The position numbers and the translations under genes are program-made. From Patescibacteria group bacterium (GTDB lineage Bacteria > Patescibacteriota > Patescibacteriia > UBA10025 > JBIOWE01), in assembly GCA_044868145.1 (NCBI GenBank), contig JBIOWE010000004.1, forward strand, positions 73,395 to 137,394: a stretch of DNA of 64,000 bases, given 5' to 3'. The notes beneath the pieces are model-generated. The model searched no databases. It was not told the DNA's origin and was given only the letters and a program-made list of their open reading frames with translations. This document shows positions 11,465 to 20,669 of the stretch, in pieces. How positions within the stretch are numbered: position 1 is the first letter of the stretch; every line of letters begins with the position of its first letter.

Positions 11465-11491
11465 TTAGCACTCGTATACTCTAAGTGCTAA
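11465..11491. promoter_or_regulatory. CIRCE operator (HrcA binding site) upstream of groES
   Basis: TTAGCACTC-N9-AAGTGCTAA. Apart from a G-to-A change at the first base of the right half, it matches the consensus TTAGCACTC-N9-GAGTGCTAA. It lies 52 nt upstream of the groES ATG. Confidence 0.7.
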
Positions 11492-11529
11492 ATAGCACAA
11501 ATGTATTGTAACCGCTAAAAAAAGGCGCG

Positions 11530-12840
11530 TCAAGGGGCGCCGCTGTCGGGTTGGTCGTCCCCTGTCTGTCGTATGAAGACGGCAAGCACGCCCCAGAAGA
11601 GGAGCGTGCCAAACGCCAATGTCCAGAAAAAATGATCAAGCGATACGATAACTAAAATAGCCAGAAAAAGCGTCGCATGCCAAATACTTCGGGGCGGAGC
11701 TTTTATTAATATGCTGCGAAGTATTTCTCCAAGTAGCACAAGGAATACTGCCAGTCCAAACACTCCAAGCTCGGTGGCGATGAGTAGAAAGAGATTGTGC
11801 ACCGGCTGGTACTCCCATGGGTCCCGGTCGCGATCTAGCTCACTGTATACGGCATACGTATAGTTGCCCATCCCAACGCCGGTGAGCCAATGTTTTTTAA
11901 TGAGGGTAAGCGAATCTTCCAGACCAGCGATGCGTTCCGTGGTCGATTTCTGTTCGAGCCGTTCCTGCGCGACCAACCGCGTGGTAAACGGTTCGGGAAC
12001 TTTCACGATAAGTGCCAAGGCCGTTATGACTATCACTATTATATATTTTGCCGCGGGCACAAGGAGTTCACGGCGCCTTTGCCAAAGTGCAATTAAGAAA
12101 AAAATAGCCAGCGAACTGGCGAGAGCAAGCCATGCGGATCGGGAAAAGCTGAAGAGCAATCCAGCTGTGCACAACACGGTCGCTCCAAGGAAGACTGCAC
12201 GAAGTCTACGATTCGCATATGTATTGCAATACGCCCAGAGAAGGATTACAAGAGCGATGGCAAGAAACGCACCGAGCATGTTCGGATGCGGCAAAGAGCC
12301 TTGGCTCCGCAAAAAGCGACCGGCCGTCGTTTGCACGACGGATGCGCCGAGAATGCCCGGTGCCTGCTCACTCAACCCGAGCCATTTGAACGCTGGCGAA
12401 CTTTGACTAAAAAACTGATAGATGGCAAATACAGACTGTATTGAAGCGCTGATAACAAGGGCCGCGGCGATCCGGATCTTATGAAATGGGGTTCGCGTGA
12501 TAAGCCAAACAAGGCTGATTCCTTCGGCAAGCCGCAACACTCCGTACCAGGCGATTTGCTGGTCCTTCGCATAGACAACAGAAAGGAACGCAGCTATGAA
12601 AAACACAAGGAGCGCGAGACGGAATGACTTTGCCACCGCTCGCGGTCGAATGCGTGAGAACAATGCAAAAATCAGCAGGAGAATAAGCACTATGTCAAAA
12701 GCGTACAAACTCACCGTACCGTATTCCCAGGTACATCCAGCCAACATCCCCTGCTTGATGATCCAACGCGTTTGCCAAGGCAGCAAAACGAGAAATAAGT
12801 AAAAACCATATTCCAACAGTTTTTGAATAAATCGCGTCAT
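11530..12840 (-). CDS. Polytopic membrane protein, O-antigen ligase (Wzy_C)-like
   Basis: 436 aa with about 10 predicted transmembrane helices and a large loop, resembling O-antigen ligase/polymerase topology. The family assignment is tentative. Confidence 0.45.
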   Translation of the reverse strand: MTRFIQKLLEYGFYLFLVLLPWQTRWIIKQGMLAGCTWEYGTVSLYAFDIVLILLLIFALFSRIRPRAVAKSFRLALLVFFIAAFLSVVYAKDQQIAWYGVLRLAEGISLVWLITRTPFHKIRIAAALVISASIQSVFAIYQFFSQSSPAFKWLGLSEQAPGILGASVVQTTAGRFLRSQGSLPHPNMLGAFLAIALVILLWAYCNTYANRRLRAVFLGATVLCTAGLLFSFSRSAWLALASSLAIFFLIALWQRRRELLVPAAKYIIVIVITALALIVKVPEPFTTRLVAQERLEQKSTTERIAGLEDSLTLIKKHWLTGVGMGNYTYAVYSELDRDRDPWEYQPVHNLFLLIATELGVFGLAVFLVLLGEILRSILIKAPPRSIWHATLFLAILVIVSLDHFFWTLAFGTLLFWGVLAVFIRQTGDDQPDSGAP

Positions 12841-13769
12841 GAAAATTGCTGAAGCCTCTCCCGCCAGGCTGCCCGGTAAGGAACACGCCGGTCTTCTTCG
12901 TGAAATTTGAGGATGTCGTCGGCAATCACCACTTCCGTGCCACGGCCGAGCGTCTTATTGGCTGTTTTTCGCTTCATATAGATCCGTTGCGTGGACTTAC
13001 TGAAACGCTCAAGCATATTGCCGAAAGAGCCTGCTGCAATGAATTCGCCGGCTCGTTTACAAAACAGTGAAAATCGCGAATCAGTTACAAGAAAGCGAGT
13101 CGATGGCGCATACGCGAAATGATTCGGCAGATAATCTTTTATCCACTCATTTGCATGGGAGAATCGACCAAACGTTTGCTGATCATACAGCGTAACAAGC
13201 TGACTCACCCAATACACGAAGTAAGGATCTTCCGGACTGAGCGTAAGCCGCTTAAGCTGCAAATGGTCTTCGCTTACATAGAAGCTCAGACAGATACGAT
13301 TGGCAATGGTTTTGCCATGACGACGAAAGCCAAACACATGCGCGAACAATGTTATGACCAACCGCGCAAACCATAAACGCCTTTTTGCCACCACAATAAA
13401 AACGTCGATGTCGCTTTTTTCTCTTGCATTGCGGAATGCGAGATTATTGCAAACCGCAACCATTCTGACGAACGGAACGAACCGCGCCAGACGGGCGAAT
13501 CGTCTTGCACGGACAAATTTCGTTTCCGCGTATACATAGCGTTCGCGCCGCGTTGTGACGATTGCCTTTCTGCCGCGCAGAAAATAGTACCCCGCAGAGA
13601 ATTCTAACTTCTGCGCAAGGACATTGCTGGATGTTACACATTCCATAACTTCTTGTAGTGTCGCGGCCTTACCATACGCCCAGCGCCAGAGCTCAATTAG
13701 CGTTAACGGGCAATCAAACACGTCATAATAGCATATAGCCGACACAAGAGCGCGTTCCAACGTATTCAT
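12837..13769 (-). CDS. Hypothetical protein with a possible nucleotidyltransferase-like motif
   Basis: 310 aa. The segment NAREKSDIDVFIVV resembles the GS-X9-DXD Pol-beta nucleotidyltransferase signature. It overlaps the downstream gene by 4 nt. Confidence 0.4.
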   Translation of the reverse strand: MNTLERALVSAICYYDVFDCPLTLIELWRWAYGKAATLQEVMECVTSSNVLAQKLEFSAGYYFLRGRKAIVTTRRERYVYAETKFVRARRFARLARFVPFVRMVAVCNNLAFRNAREKSDIDVFIVVAKRRLWFARLVITLFAHVFGFRRHGKTIANRICLSFYVSEDHLQLKRLTLSPEDPYFVYWVSQLVTLYDQQTFGRFSHANEWIKDYLPNHFAYAPSTRFLVTDSRFSLFCKRAGEFIAAGSFGNMLERFSKSTQRIYMKRKTANKTLGRGTEVVIADDILKFHEEDRRVPYRAAWRERLQQFS

Positions 13770-13800
13770 ATATATCTATTATATCCGGCGGCTTTAGGTA

Positions 13801-13829
13801 TTGACAAATCGATGGTTTTGGATTAAGAT
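13801..13829 (+). promoter_or_regulatory. Sigma-70-like promoter TTGACA-N17-TAAGAT for the HExxH protein gene
   Basis: Perfect -35 hexamer, 17-nt spacer and a -10 hexamer matching 4 of 6; about 40 nt upstream of the start. Confidence 0.5.
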
Positions 13830-13869
13830 ACGTTGTTACGATACACGGCACCTTAACAAGGAGGAAAAA

Positions 13870-14364
13870 ATGAAAGTCAAATGGATTGGTTTTCCGCACG
13901 AAATAAAAAAAGCGGTTGGCCTAATCTTTGCGCCGCATTATTTCCGGAAACTTACTGAAATACGACTACACGCTGGCGCAATACCAAAAGAGATAAAGCG
14001 CATCACGCACGGAGGAGCGTTTGGTTGCACATTCTTGGACAAAGCTACCAAACGGACGTCGATCATCATCTTCGACGAACTGATTCGTGAGGAGCTGAAT
14101 GTGGCACGAGAAGAAACGAGAGGTGCGTATCTTTTTACTCTTTGCACGGCAGTTGTGCACGAAATGTGTCATCATATTTTACTGCTACTCAAAGAAGTGC
14201 GCCTCGGGCCATACGCCGGCAACCACATTTACCACGATAAGATTGAAATTGCTGTCTGGAATTCGACACACTATCTTCTCAAAAAGCATGAAGTGTTTAA
14301 GGCGTTTGGGGTAAAGCAAGATCTTTGGAATAAACTTGTTCCCGAAGAGGAACGCAACAAATAA
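13870..14364 (+). CDS. Hypothetical protein with an HExxH motif (putative zinc metallopeptidase-like)
   Basis: Start chosen at MKVKW, which has the AAGGAGG ribosome-binding site; the longer ORF from 13801 lacks one. The protein contains HEMCHH. Confidence 0.45.
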   Translation: MKVKWIGFPHEIKKAVGLIFAPHYFRKLTEIRLHAGAIPKEIKRITHGGAFGCTFLDKATKRTSIIIFDELIREELNVAREETRGAYLFTLCTAVVHEMCHHILLLLKEVRLGPYAGNHIYHDKIEIAVWNSTHYLLKKHEVFKAFGVKQDLWNKLVPEEERNK

Positions 14365-14398
14365 ACCGCCCCGAGCCAAGTCGAAGGGCGGTTTTTTT
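14365..14398 (+). terminator. Rho-independent terminator; member of a duplicated hairpin family
   Basis: Stem accgccc/gggcggt followed by TTTTTTT. Almost identical to the terminator at 14706..14737. Confidence 0.7.
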
Positions 14399-14529
14399 AA
14401 TCGATCAATCCCGCATGAATATGCGGCATTGACAAATGTAGTACATTCATTTACAGTGGATGAAAAGGTTGGGGGTCATATGCGCATATTATTGAAAGGC
14501 CTTGCAACGAAGCATAACACAAAAGGAGG

Positions 14530-14721
14530 GTGATGCTCATTCTTACTAGGAGGGTTGGAGAAAAACTCTATGTTGGCGACGAGAATATTTCCATCACAGT
14601 TCTCAAAGTTACTGGACATCAAGTAAAGCTGGGAATAGTAGCGCCAAAAAACATGACTGTTCTGAGGGAAGAAGTTTTGCTCAAAATCCAATCCCAAAAG
14701 AAAAAAACCGCCCCGAGCTAA
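14530..14721 (+). CDS. csrA: Carbon storage regulator CsrA
   Basis: [10 protein letters not shown]...[17 protein letters not shown]....V.REE is the canonical CsrA fold sequence. The ribosome-binding site AAAGGAGG lies directly at a GTG/ATG start pair, so the annotated start may be 3 nt off. Confidence 0.75.
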   Translation: MMLILTRRVGEKLYVGDENISITVLKVTGHQVKLGIVAPKNMTVLREEVLLKIQSQKKKTAPS

Positions 14722-14737
14722 TCGAGGCGGCTTTTTT
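14706..14737. terminator. Bidirectional terminator between csrA (+) and uvrA (-)
   Basis: Stem ccgcc/ggcgg flanked by an A run on one side and a T run on the other, so it works as a terminator on either strand. Confidence 0.65.
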
Positions 14738-14761
14738 ACGACAAAAATTTTACCAATAGCA

Positions 14762-17620
14762 CTACTTAGACGCAAGCGCTTGTTTGATAAACTGACCTGT
14801 GTAACTCTTTTTCACGTGCGCCACGTCGCGGGGCGTTCCTTGCGCGACGATTTGGCCGCCCTTATTACCCCCTTCAGGACCGAGGTCAACAATCCAGTCG
14901 GCGGATTTAATGACATCAAGGTTATGCTCAATCACAAGCACGGTATTGCCTTTGTCAACGAGCTGCTGGAGCACGTTCAATAACCGTTTCACGTCGTCGA
15001 AGTGCAACCCGGTGGTCGGCTCATCAAGGATGTAAAGTGTTTTGCCGGTTGCGCGGCGCGACAATTCCGTTGCGAGCTTCACGCGTTGCGCTTCACCGCC
15101 GGAAAGCGTTGTTGCCGATTGGCCAAGGTGGATGTAGCCAAGCCCGACTTCGTAAAGCGTCTTGAGCTTATTTTTGATGTGCGGCAGGTGTTCAAAAAAG
15201 TGCATCGCTTCTTCAACCGTCATCTCGAGCACGTCAGCGATGTCTTTCGTTTTATAGTGAATCTCGAGCACCTGTTGGCTGTAACGCTTTCCTTTGCACT
15301 CCTCACATTCGACGTACACATCGGGCAAAAAATGCATTTCAATACGGACGAGCCCCTCTCCTTGGCAGGCCTCGCACCGACCGCCAACGACATTGAAGCT
15401 GAAGCGACCTGGGCCGTAGCCGCGCATCTTCGCTTCCGGCAGTTGGGTAAACAAATCGCGAATGTAGGTAAAAACGCCGGTGTACGTCGCAGGGTTGGAG
15501 CGAGGCGTCCGGCCGATGGGTGACTGGTCAATATGAATGACTTTATCCAGATGCTCCGTTCCTTCTATTTTTTTATGCTTACCAGGGGCGTCTTTTGCAT
15601 TATAAAGATGCTGCGCAAGCGCTTTCGCAAGAATGTCGATCATGAGCGTCGATTTACCGGAGCCAGACACGCCGGTCATGCATACGAATTTTCCAAGCGG
15701 GATGGCCACGTCAATATTTTTCAGATTGAACTCTTGAGCCCCGCGAATGGTCAGGAACTTTCCATTCCCGGTTCGATACTTCGTCGGTGCGTCAATAGAA
15801 AGCTTGCCGGAGAGGTATTTGCCCGTGAGCGACTTGGAGTTCTTCATGATCTGCTGGGGCGTGCCTTCCGCAACAACCTGACCCCCATGCTCGCCTGCAC
15901 CAGGACCAATGTCCAAAACGTGGTCCGCGGCAAGCGTCGTTCCTTCGTCGTGTTCAACGACAATAACTGTATTGCCAAGGTCGCGCAACGCTTTCAGGGT
16001 TGCGATGAGCTTCTCGTTATCGCGCTGGTGTAATCCAATTGACGGCTCGTCCAAAATGTAGACCACTCCCACGAGCGAGGAACCGATTTGCGTGGCGAGA
16101 CGGATGCGCTGCGCTTCACCGCCAGCAAGCGTGGACGCTGAACGGTCAACCGTCATGTAGTCCAGCCCGACGTCGTGCAGAAACGTCAACCGGGCGACAA
16201 TTTCTTTTAAAATCTGTCGCGCGATCGTCCGCTCACGATCCGTTAACGCGTTTTTCTGATCAAGCGATTTGAAAAAGAGCCTGGCTTCCTCAATGGTGAA
16301 GGCCGTAATATCTGAAATGTTTTTATTCGCAATCGTTACCACGAGCGCTTCAGGCTTCAGACGCTTACCTTTGCAGGTTGGACATAAAAGCACACGCATG
16401 TATTTTTCAATTTCGGCCCGGATGTAGTCGGATTCTGTCTCATGGTATCGGCGCATCAGGTTTGGGATTACGCCTTCAAAGCTCGTTGTAATGTCGCCAC
16501 TAAATCGATCACTCGCGTAATCAAGTTTGTATTGCTTATCGCCCGTTCCATAGAGCACGATGTTCAGTTGCTTCTTCGTCAATTTCTCAACCGGAGTATT
16601 AATGGAGAAGTCATGGGCTTCAGCGGCCTGGCTGGCCATACGCATATACCACGTTTGGTTCGCCACGGTTTTCGCCCATGGTCGAATCGCACCTTCCGCA
16701 ATGCTCAGACGAGGGTTGGGAATAACAAGCTTTGGATCAATTTCAAGTTTGGTACCCAGCCCAGTGCACTCAGGGCACGCGCCGTGGGGACTGTTAAACG
16801 AAAAATTTCTCGGTTCAATCGGCGGCAAATTTGTTCCGTCTTTCGGGCAAGATAAATGTTGGCTGAACAAAATATCCTTGTTCGTATCGAGACGCTGCAC
16901 AATAACCAATCCGTCGCCAAGTTCAAGAGCAGACTCAAGCGATTCCAACAGTCTTTCCCGTTCCAATTTGTCATCCACTGTTAGGCGATCTACCACAACC
17001 TCGACGGTGTGCTTTTTTTGCTTATCAACTCGCAAATCCTCGGCCTCTTCGATCGAATACACGACGTTGTCAAAGCGAATGCGCACGTACCCGGCTTTCC
17101 GCGCCTGCGCAATCACCTGTTTATGCTCGCCTTTCTGATCTTTAATAAGCGGCGCGAGAATCATAATCTGCGTGCCGGCTGGCAACGCACGTGTGCGCTC
17201 CGCAATCTGCTCTTTCGTTTGCAGCGAAATTTCGTCCCCGCACACGGGGCAGTGTGGTTTGCCGATTCGGGCAAACAAAAGACGGAGGTAATCGTAAATC
17301 TCCGTTACCGTCCCTACCGTCGAACGCGGGTTGTGGGAAGTGGATTTTTGATCAATGGATATCGCAGGCGAAAGGCCGTCGATTTGGTCAACGTCCGGCT
17401 TATCCATAAGCCCGAGGAATTGTCTAGCATAAGCGGAAAGTGACTCAACGTAGCGGCGCTGGCCTTCCGCGTAAATCGTGTCAAACGCGAGCGACGACTT
17501 GCCTGAACCGGACAGTCCGGTAATGACGACGAGTTTGTTGCGCGGCAGGTCAACGTCAATATTCTTAAGGTTATGAACACGCGCACCACGAATAATTATT
17601 TTTTCCTCGCCTTTTTTCAT
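14762..17620 (-). CDS. uvrA: Excinuclease ABC subunit A UvrA
   Basis: Two ABC ATPase modules ([22 protein letters not shown]) and zinc fingers. Start set at [21 protein letters not shown], the typical UvrA N terminus; the ORF track's longer start at 17659 is probably not used. Confidence 0.95.
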   Translation of the reverse strand: MKKGEEKIIIRGARVHNLKNIDVDLPRNKLVVITGLSGSGKSSLAFDTIYAEGQRRYVESLSAYARQFLGLMDKPDVDQIDGLSPAISIDQKSTSHNPRSTVGTVTEIYDYLRLLFARIGKPHCPVCGDEISLQTKEQIAERTRALPAGTQIMILAPLIKDQKGEHKQVIAQARKAGYVRIRFDNVVYSIEEAEDLRVDKQKKHTVEVVVDRLTVDDKLERERLLESLESALELGDGLVIVQRLDTNKDILFSQHLSCPKDGTNLPPIEPRNFSFNSPHGACPECTGLGTKLEIDPKLVIPNPRLSIAEGAIRPWAKTVANQTWYMRMASQAAEAHDFSINTPVEKLTKKQLNIVLYGTGDKQYKLDYASDRFSGDITTSFEGVIPNLMRRYHETESDYIRAEIEKYMRVLLCPTCKGKRLKPEALVVTIANKNISDITAFTIEEARLFFKSLDQKNALTDRERTIARQILKEIVARLTFLHDVGLDYMTVDRSASTLAGGEAQRIRLATQIGSSLVGVVYILDEPSIGLHQRDNEKLIATLKALRDLGNTVIVVEHDEGTTLAADHVLDIGPGAGEHGGQVVAEGTPQQIMKNSKSLTGKYLSGKLSIDAPTKYRTGNGKFLTIRGAQEFNLKNIDVAIPLGKFVCMTGVSGSGKSTLMIDILAKALAQHLYNAKDAPGKHKKIEGTEHLDKVIHIDQSPIGRTPRSNPATYTGVFTYIRDLFTQLPEAKMRGYGPGRFSFNVVGGRCEACQGEGLVRIEMHFLPDVYVECEECKGKRYSQQVLEIHYKTKDIADVLEMTVEEAMHFFEHLPHIKNKLKTLYEVGLGYIHLGQSATTLSGGEAQRVKLATELSRRATGKTLYILDEPTTGLHFDDVKRLLNVLQQLVDKGNTVLVIEHNLDVIKSADWIVDLGPEGGNKGGQIVAQGTPRDVAHVKKSYTGQFIKQALASK

Positions 17621-17647
17621 GTTATCCACAATAATGAGACGGCTGGA

Positions 17648-17676
17648 ATTGTACCGCAAAAACTGTCAAGCGTCAA
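17648..17676 (-). promoter_or_regulatory. Sigma-70-like promoter TTGACG-N17-TACAAT for uvrA
   Basis: On the minus strand the hexamers have a 17-nt spacer. The -10 box is about 28 nt upstream of the proposed ATG. Confidence 0.5.
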
Positions 17677-17789
17677 TACGTAAGGCTCGACACGGATTCC
17701 GAACGCGCAGAGATAAACTCTGCACTGAGTAAAAAACCAACAATCGACCCGGCGCACAGCTTGTCTGTGCGCTCTACATAGCGGCCGAC

Positions 17790-17827
17790 TGATAAACAAA
17801 AACCCTGACGTGTTTTATGCGTCAGGG
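17790..17827 (-). terminator. Rho-independent terminator after the small ORF 17839..18006
   Basis: 8-bp stem ccctgacg/cgtcaggg with a 9-nt loop, followed on the minus strand by TTTTTGTTT. Confidence 0.7.
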
Positions 17828-17838
17828 TTATAACTTTG

Positions 17839-18006
17839 TTAGCATCCTCCGTCGCCATGGCCCGTAGAAGGTGCCGCTGTCGTCGCATTCGCAATCAGAT
17901 CTTGCAAAATGCGTATATCTTTTCTGGGCAACATGACCGGAATAATTTCATCTTCAGGCTCCTTATTTGGGCCAGAATCCGATATTTCAAACCTCTTTCC
18001 GCGCAT
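17839..18006 (-). CDS. Unannotated small ORF (55 aa), hypothetical
   Basis: Not in the ORF track because it is under 60 aa. A strong ribosome-binding site GGAGG lies 5 nt before the ATG. It is the second gene after a membrane protein gene and is followed by a strong terminator. Translation: MRGKRFEISDSGPNKEPEDEIIPVMLPRKDIRILQDLIANATTAAPSTGHGDGGC. Confidence 0.35.
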   Translation of the reverse strand: MRGKRFEISDSGPNKEPEDEIIPVMLPRKDIRILQDLIANATTAAPSTGHGDGGC

Positions 18007-18021
18007 GAGAACCTCCTTTCT

Positions 18022-18363
18022 TTATAGAGATACATTTCTCAACTTTTTCTTTTTATTCTCCTTGACGCCGTAAAGAATAGCGGTTGGACCAAAAAGCAAA
18101 AGAAAAAGACTTTTAAGAAATTGCCAACTGCCGAAATCTGACCAAGCTGGCGTAATAAAGATTGCCCCGATGATGAGAGCCGTAGCACCCGCAATGCCGA
18201 TGAATGTATATGCCTTCTTCATGTGGCCAATCGCTGCAAAAACCAGAATGATGGGTGTGGTAAGAATATCCCAAAAAGTGAACGCGGTAATTGACGTTTT
18301 GTCTACGATAATATTCAGAATAGAAAGCAGCAGGAACAACAGAGTGAAAATCAGAAAGGCCAT
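18022..18363 (-). CDS. Small membrane protein (about 113 aa)
   Basis: Start chosen at MAFLIF, which has the AAGGAGG ribosome-binding site. Three to four hydrophobic helices. Confidence 0.45.
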   Translation of the reverse strand: MAFLIFTLLFLLLSILNIIVDKTSITAFTFWDILTTPIILVFAAIGHMKKAYTFIGIAGATALIIGAIFITPAWSDFGSWQFLKSLFLLLFGPTAILYGVKENKKKKLRNVSL

Positions 18364-18436
18364 ATATCCTCCTTTTTTTATTTTGCAAAGAACGATGAGA
18401 CTTAAGTTACTCTCTGACAAAATTATGACGTAAAGT

Positions 18437-20242
18437 ATGGCTTTGTCAAATAAGTCTCTTCACCGCTATACTAACCCCATGCGTCTCCCTAAACAGCTTA
18501 CAACCATACCCCAAAAACCTGGCGTCTATATCTTCAAGGACAAGGCTGGCGGTATTTTATATATCGGTAAAGCGCGAAACCTCAAGCCACGCGTCCGTTC
18601 GTATTTCCAACAATCGCAAGAGCTTTCTCCGACGAAGCAAATTATGGTGGGCAAAATCAAAAAGATAGAATATATTATCGTCTCATCCGAAGCCGAGGCA
18701 CTGCTTCTGGAATCGAACTTGATTCAAAAGCATCAACCGACCTACAATGTTGACCTGAAAGACGACAAATTCTTTTTGTATATCAAGGTAGCGGTGCAAG
18801 AGGATTATCCCCGCGTGTTCACGGTGCGCCGCGTGGTGAACGATGGCAGTCGTTATTTTGGCCCGTATGTATCCGCCGGCGCGACGCGGAAAACGCTGTG
18901 GCTCTTGCGGAAGCTTTTCCCCCACCGCAATTTCTCCAAACCGCCAACCAAACACGAGGAGGCGTATCTCATGCGCCGATATCCGGAGCTCTTGGGACCG
19001 ACGGACAAGCGTGTCTACCGAAAAACGATTGAGCACATTATTCGCTTCTTGGAAGGCCAGTATGAAGACTTGCTAAAAGATCTTCGCTTACAAATGCAAG
19101 GCGCGTCCAAAAAACGAGAGTTCGAGCGCGCGGCAAAGCTTCGTGACCATATTTTCGCCATTGAAAAAATTATGCAGGAGCAAAAGGTAATTTCGGTCAA
19201 AAAAGAAAACGAAGATATTATCAGTCTGGCGCGGGGTACGAACGTGGCCGCCGTTAACCTATTCATGGTCCGGAACGGCAAGCTTATGCAGCGGTTCAAC
19301 GTACTCATGAAAAACGCCGAGGGCCAAACGGACGAGGAAATCCTTCGCGCGTTCGTTGAACGATATTATCTTCACGCACAGGACCTGCCAAAAACTGTTG
19401 TTGTACCTGCGGAATGGTCGGAGAGGCCCGTTACAAAACATCCGATGAGGTTCATTGCGCCAACAAGAGGGAAAAAGCGGAAATTGCTTCGCCTCGGCGA
19501 AGAGAATGCCCAGTCCTTTTTGAATGAACAACGTGCGTCGTGGGAGAAAAAAGAAGTGAAAGCCCAAAAAGCCCTCAAGGAATTACAAACAGTGCTCCAC
19601 CTCGATACCTTGCCGGTTCGCATAGAAGCGTTCGACATCTCCAACGTCCAAGGCCAATATCCGGTGGGCTCGATGGTAGTGTTCGAGAATGGCCTGCCGG
19701 CAAAAAAGTGGTATCGCAAGTTCCATATTAAGACGGTTCGAGGCTCCAACGACACAGCCATGATGGCGGAAATGCTCCACCGCCGGTTTGGGCGTATCGT
19801 TCAGGGCGATAGCAAATGGCCCCGACCCGACCTGGTGCTCCTCGACGGCGGAAAAGGTCAGCTGAACGTTGCACGCGAAGCTGTTGGCAAACGCGCAGGC
19901 CGTATTCCCTTTATGGCGCTCGCAAAACGGCTGGAAGATATCTACGTGCCCGGAAAAAAGCAGCCGGTGAACCTTCCGCGAGGTTCCGAGGGATTGTTCC
20001 TCATCCAGCGCATGCGCGACGAAGCGCACCGCTTTGCTATTGGATTTTATCGTAAGAAGCATATGCATTCCTCGGAGCGATCGCAGCTCGACAGTATCCC
20101 CGGACTCGGCACAAAAAGGAAACAAGCGCTCATTCGAACGTTTGGCTCTGTCGCGGCCATTCGGGAAGCGACTAGCGAGGAGTTAACGAACGTGATTGGC
20201 GCTGCAATGGCAAGGCGCCTGCAAAAAGAATTAACCTCATAG
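18437..20242 (+). CDS. uvrC: Excinuclease ABC subunit C UvrC
   Basis: N-terminal GIY-YIG nuclease motif (GVYIFKDKAGGILYIGKARNLKPR), a UvrBC-interaction domain, and C-terminal RNase H-like plus helix-hairpin-helix domains. Confidence 0.9.
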   Translation: MALSNKSLHRYTNPMRLPKQLTTIPQKPGVYIFKDKAGGILYIGKARNLKPRVRSYFQQSQELSPTKQIMVGKIKKIEYIIVSSEAEALLLESNLIQKHQPTYNVDLKDDKFFLYIKVAVQEDYPRVFTVRRVVNDGSRYFGPYVSAGATRKTLWLLRKLFPHRNFSKPPTKHEEAYLMRRYPELLGPTDKRVYRKTIEHIIRFLEGQYEDLLKDLRLQMQGASKKREFERAAKLRDHIFAIEKIMQEQKVISVKKENEDIISLARGTNVAAVNLFMVRNGKLMQRFNVLMKNAEGQTDEEILRAFVERYYLHAQDLPKTVVVPAEWSERPVTKHPMRFIAPTRGKKRKLLRLGEENAQSFLNEQRASWEKKEVKAQKALKELQTVLHLDTLPVRIEAFDISNVQGQYPVGSMVVFENGLPAKKWYRKFHIKTVRGSNDTAMMAEMLHRRFGRIVQGDSKWPRPDLVLLDGGKGQLNVAREAVGKRAGRIPFMALAKRLEDIYVPGKKQPVNLPRGSEGLFLIQRMRDEAHRFAIGFYRKKHMHSSERSQLDSIPGLGTKRKQALIRTFGSVAAIREATSEELTNVIGAAMARRLQKELTS

Positions 20243-20438
20243 CCATGCACAAAAAGAGAAAAGATCTTGAGAGTCTTGAGAAAGAGCAGGAACATCGCGC
20301 ATACCGTCGCGACAAGCGCAAGCGGCAACGCATGCGAGTTTCCGGTTCAAGCGTAAAAAAACTCCAGTCACTCATTATCCAAAAAGGACGAAGGGATTGA
20401 CAGAAAACGCTAATGTTGGTATTGTATGAGTTACGGTT

Positions 20439-20660
20439 ATGGAAACTATTTTGAACATTGTCCAGATAGCAGCGGCCGCGTTGCTCGTTACTGCGATCCT
20501 CTTGCAGTCTAAAGGCGCCGGTCTCTCGGGCGCGTTTGGCGGCGGCGAAAACATCTACACGACGAAACGAGGAGCGGAAAAAACTCTTTTTATCGTTACG
20601 ATCGTCTTGAGCGTAATCTTCCTGGGCGTCGCGCTCACGAATATCCTTCTTCGAAGATAG
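20439..20660 (+). CDS. secG: Preprotein translocase subunit SecG
   Basis: 73 aa with two transmembrane helices and the SecG signature LLQSKGAGLSGAFGGG. Confidence 0.75.
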   Translation: METILNIVQIAAAALLVTAILLQSKGAGLSGAFGGGENIYTTKRGAEKTLFIVTIVLSVIFLGVALTNILLRR

Positions 20661-20669
20661 CTCGGCTCC

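Noticed and set aside
20245-20400. 51-codon highly basic ORF immediately after the uvrC stop
   Set aside because: No ribosome-binding site and Lys/Arg-rich low complexity. It more likely reflects the A-rich promoter region of secG.
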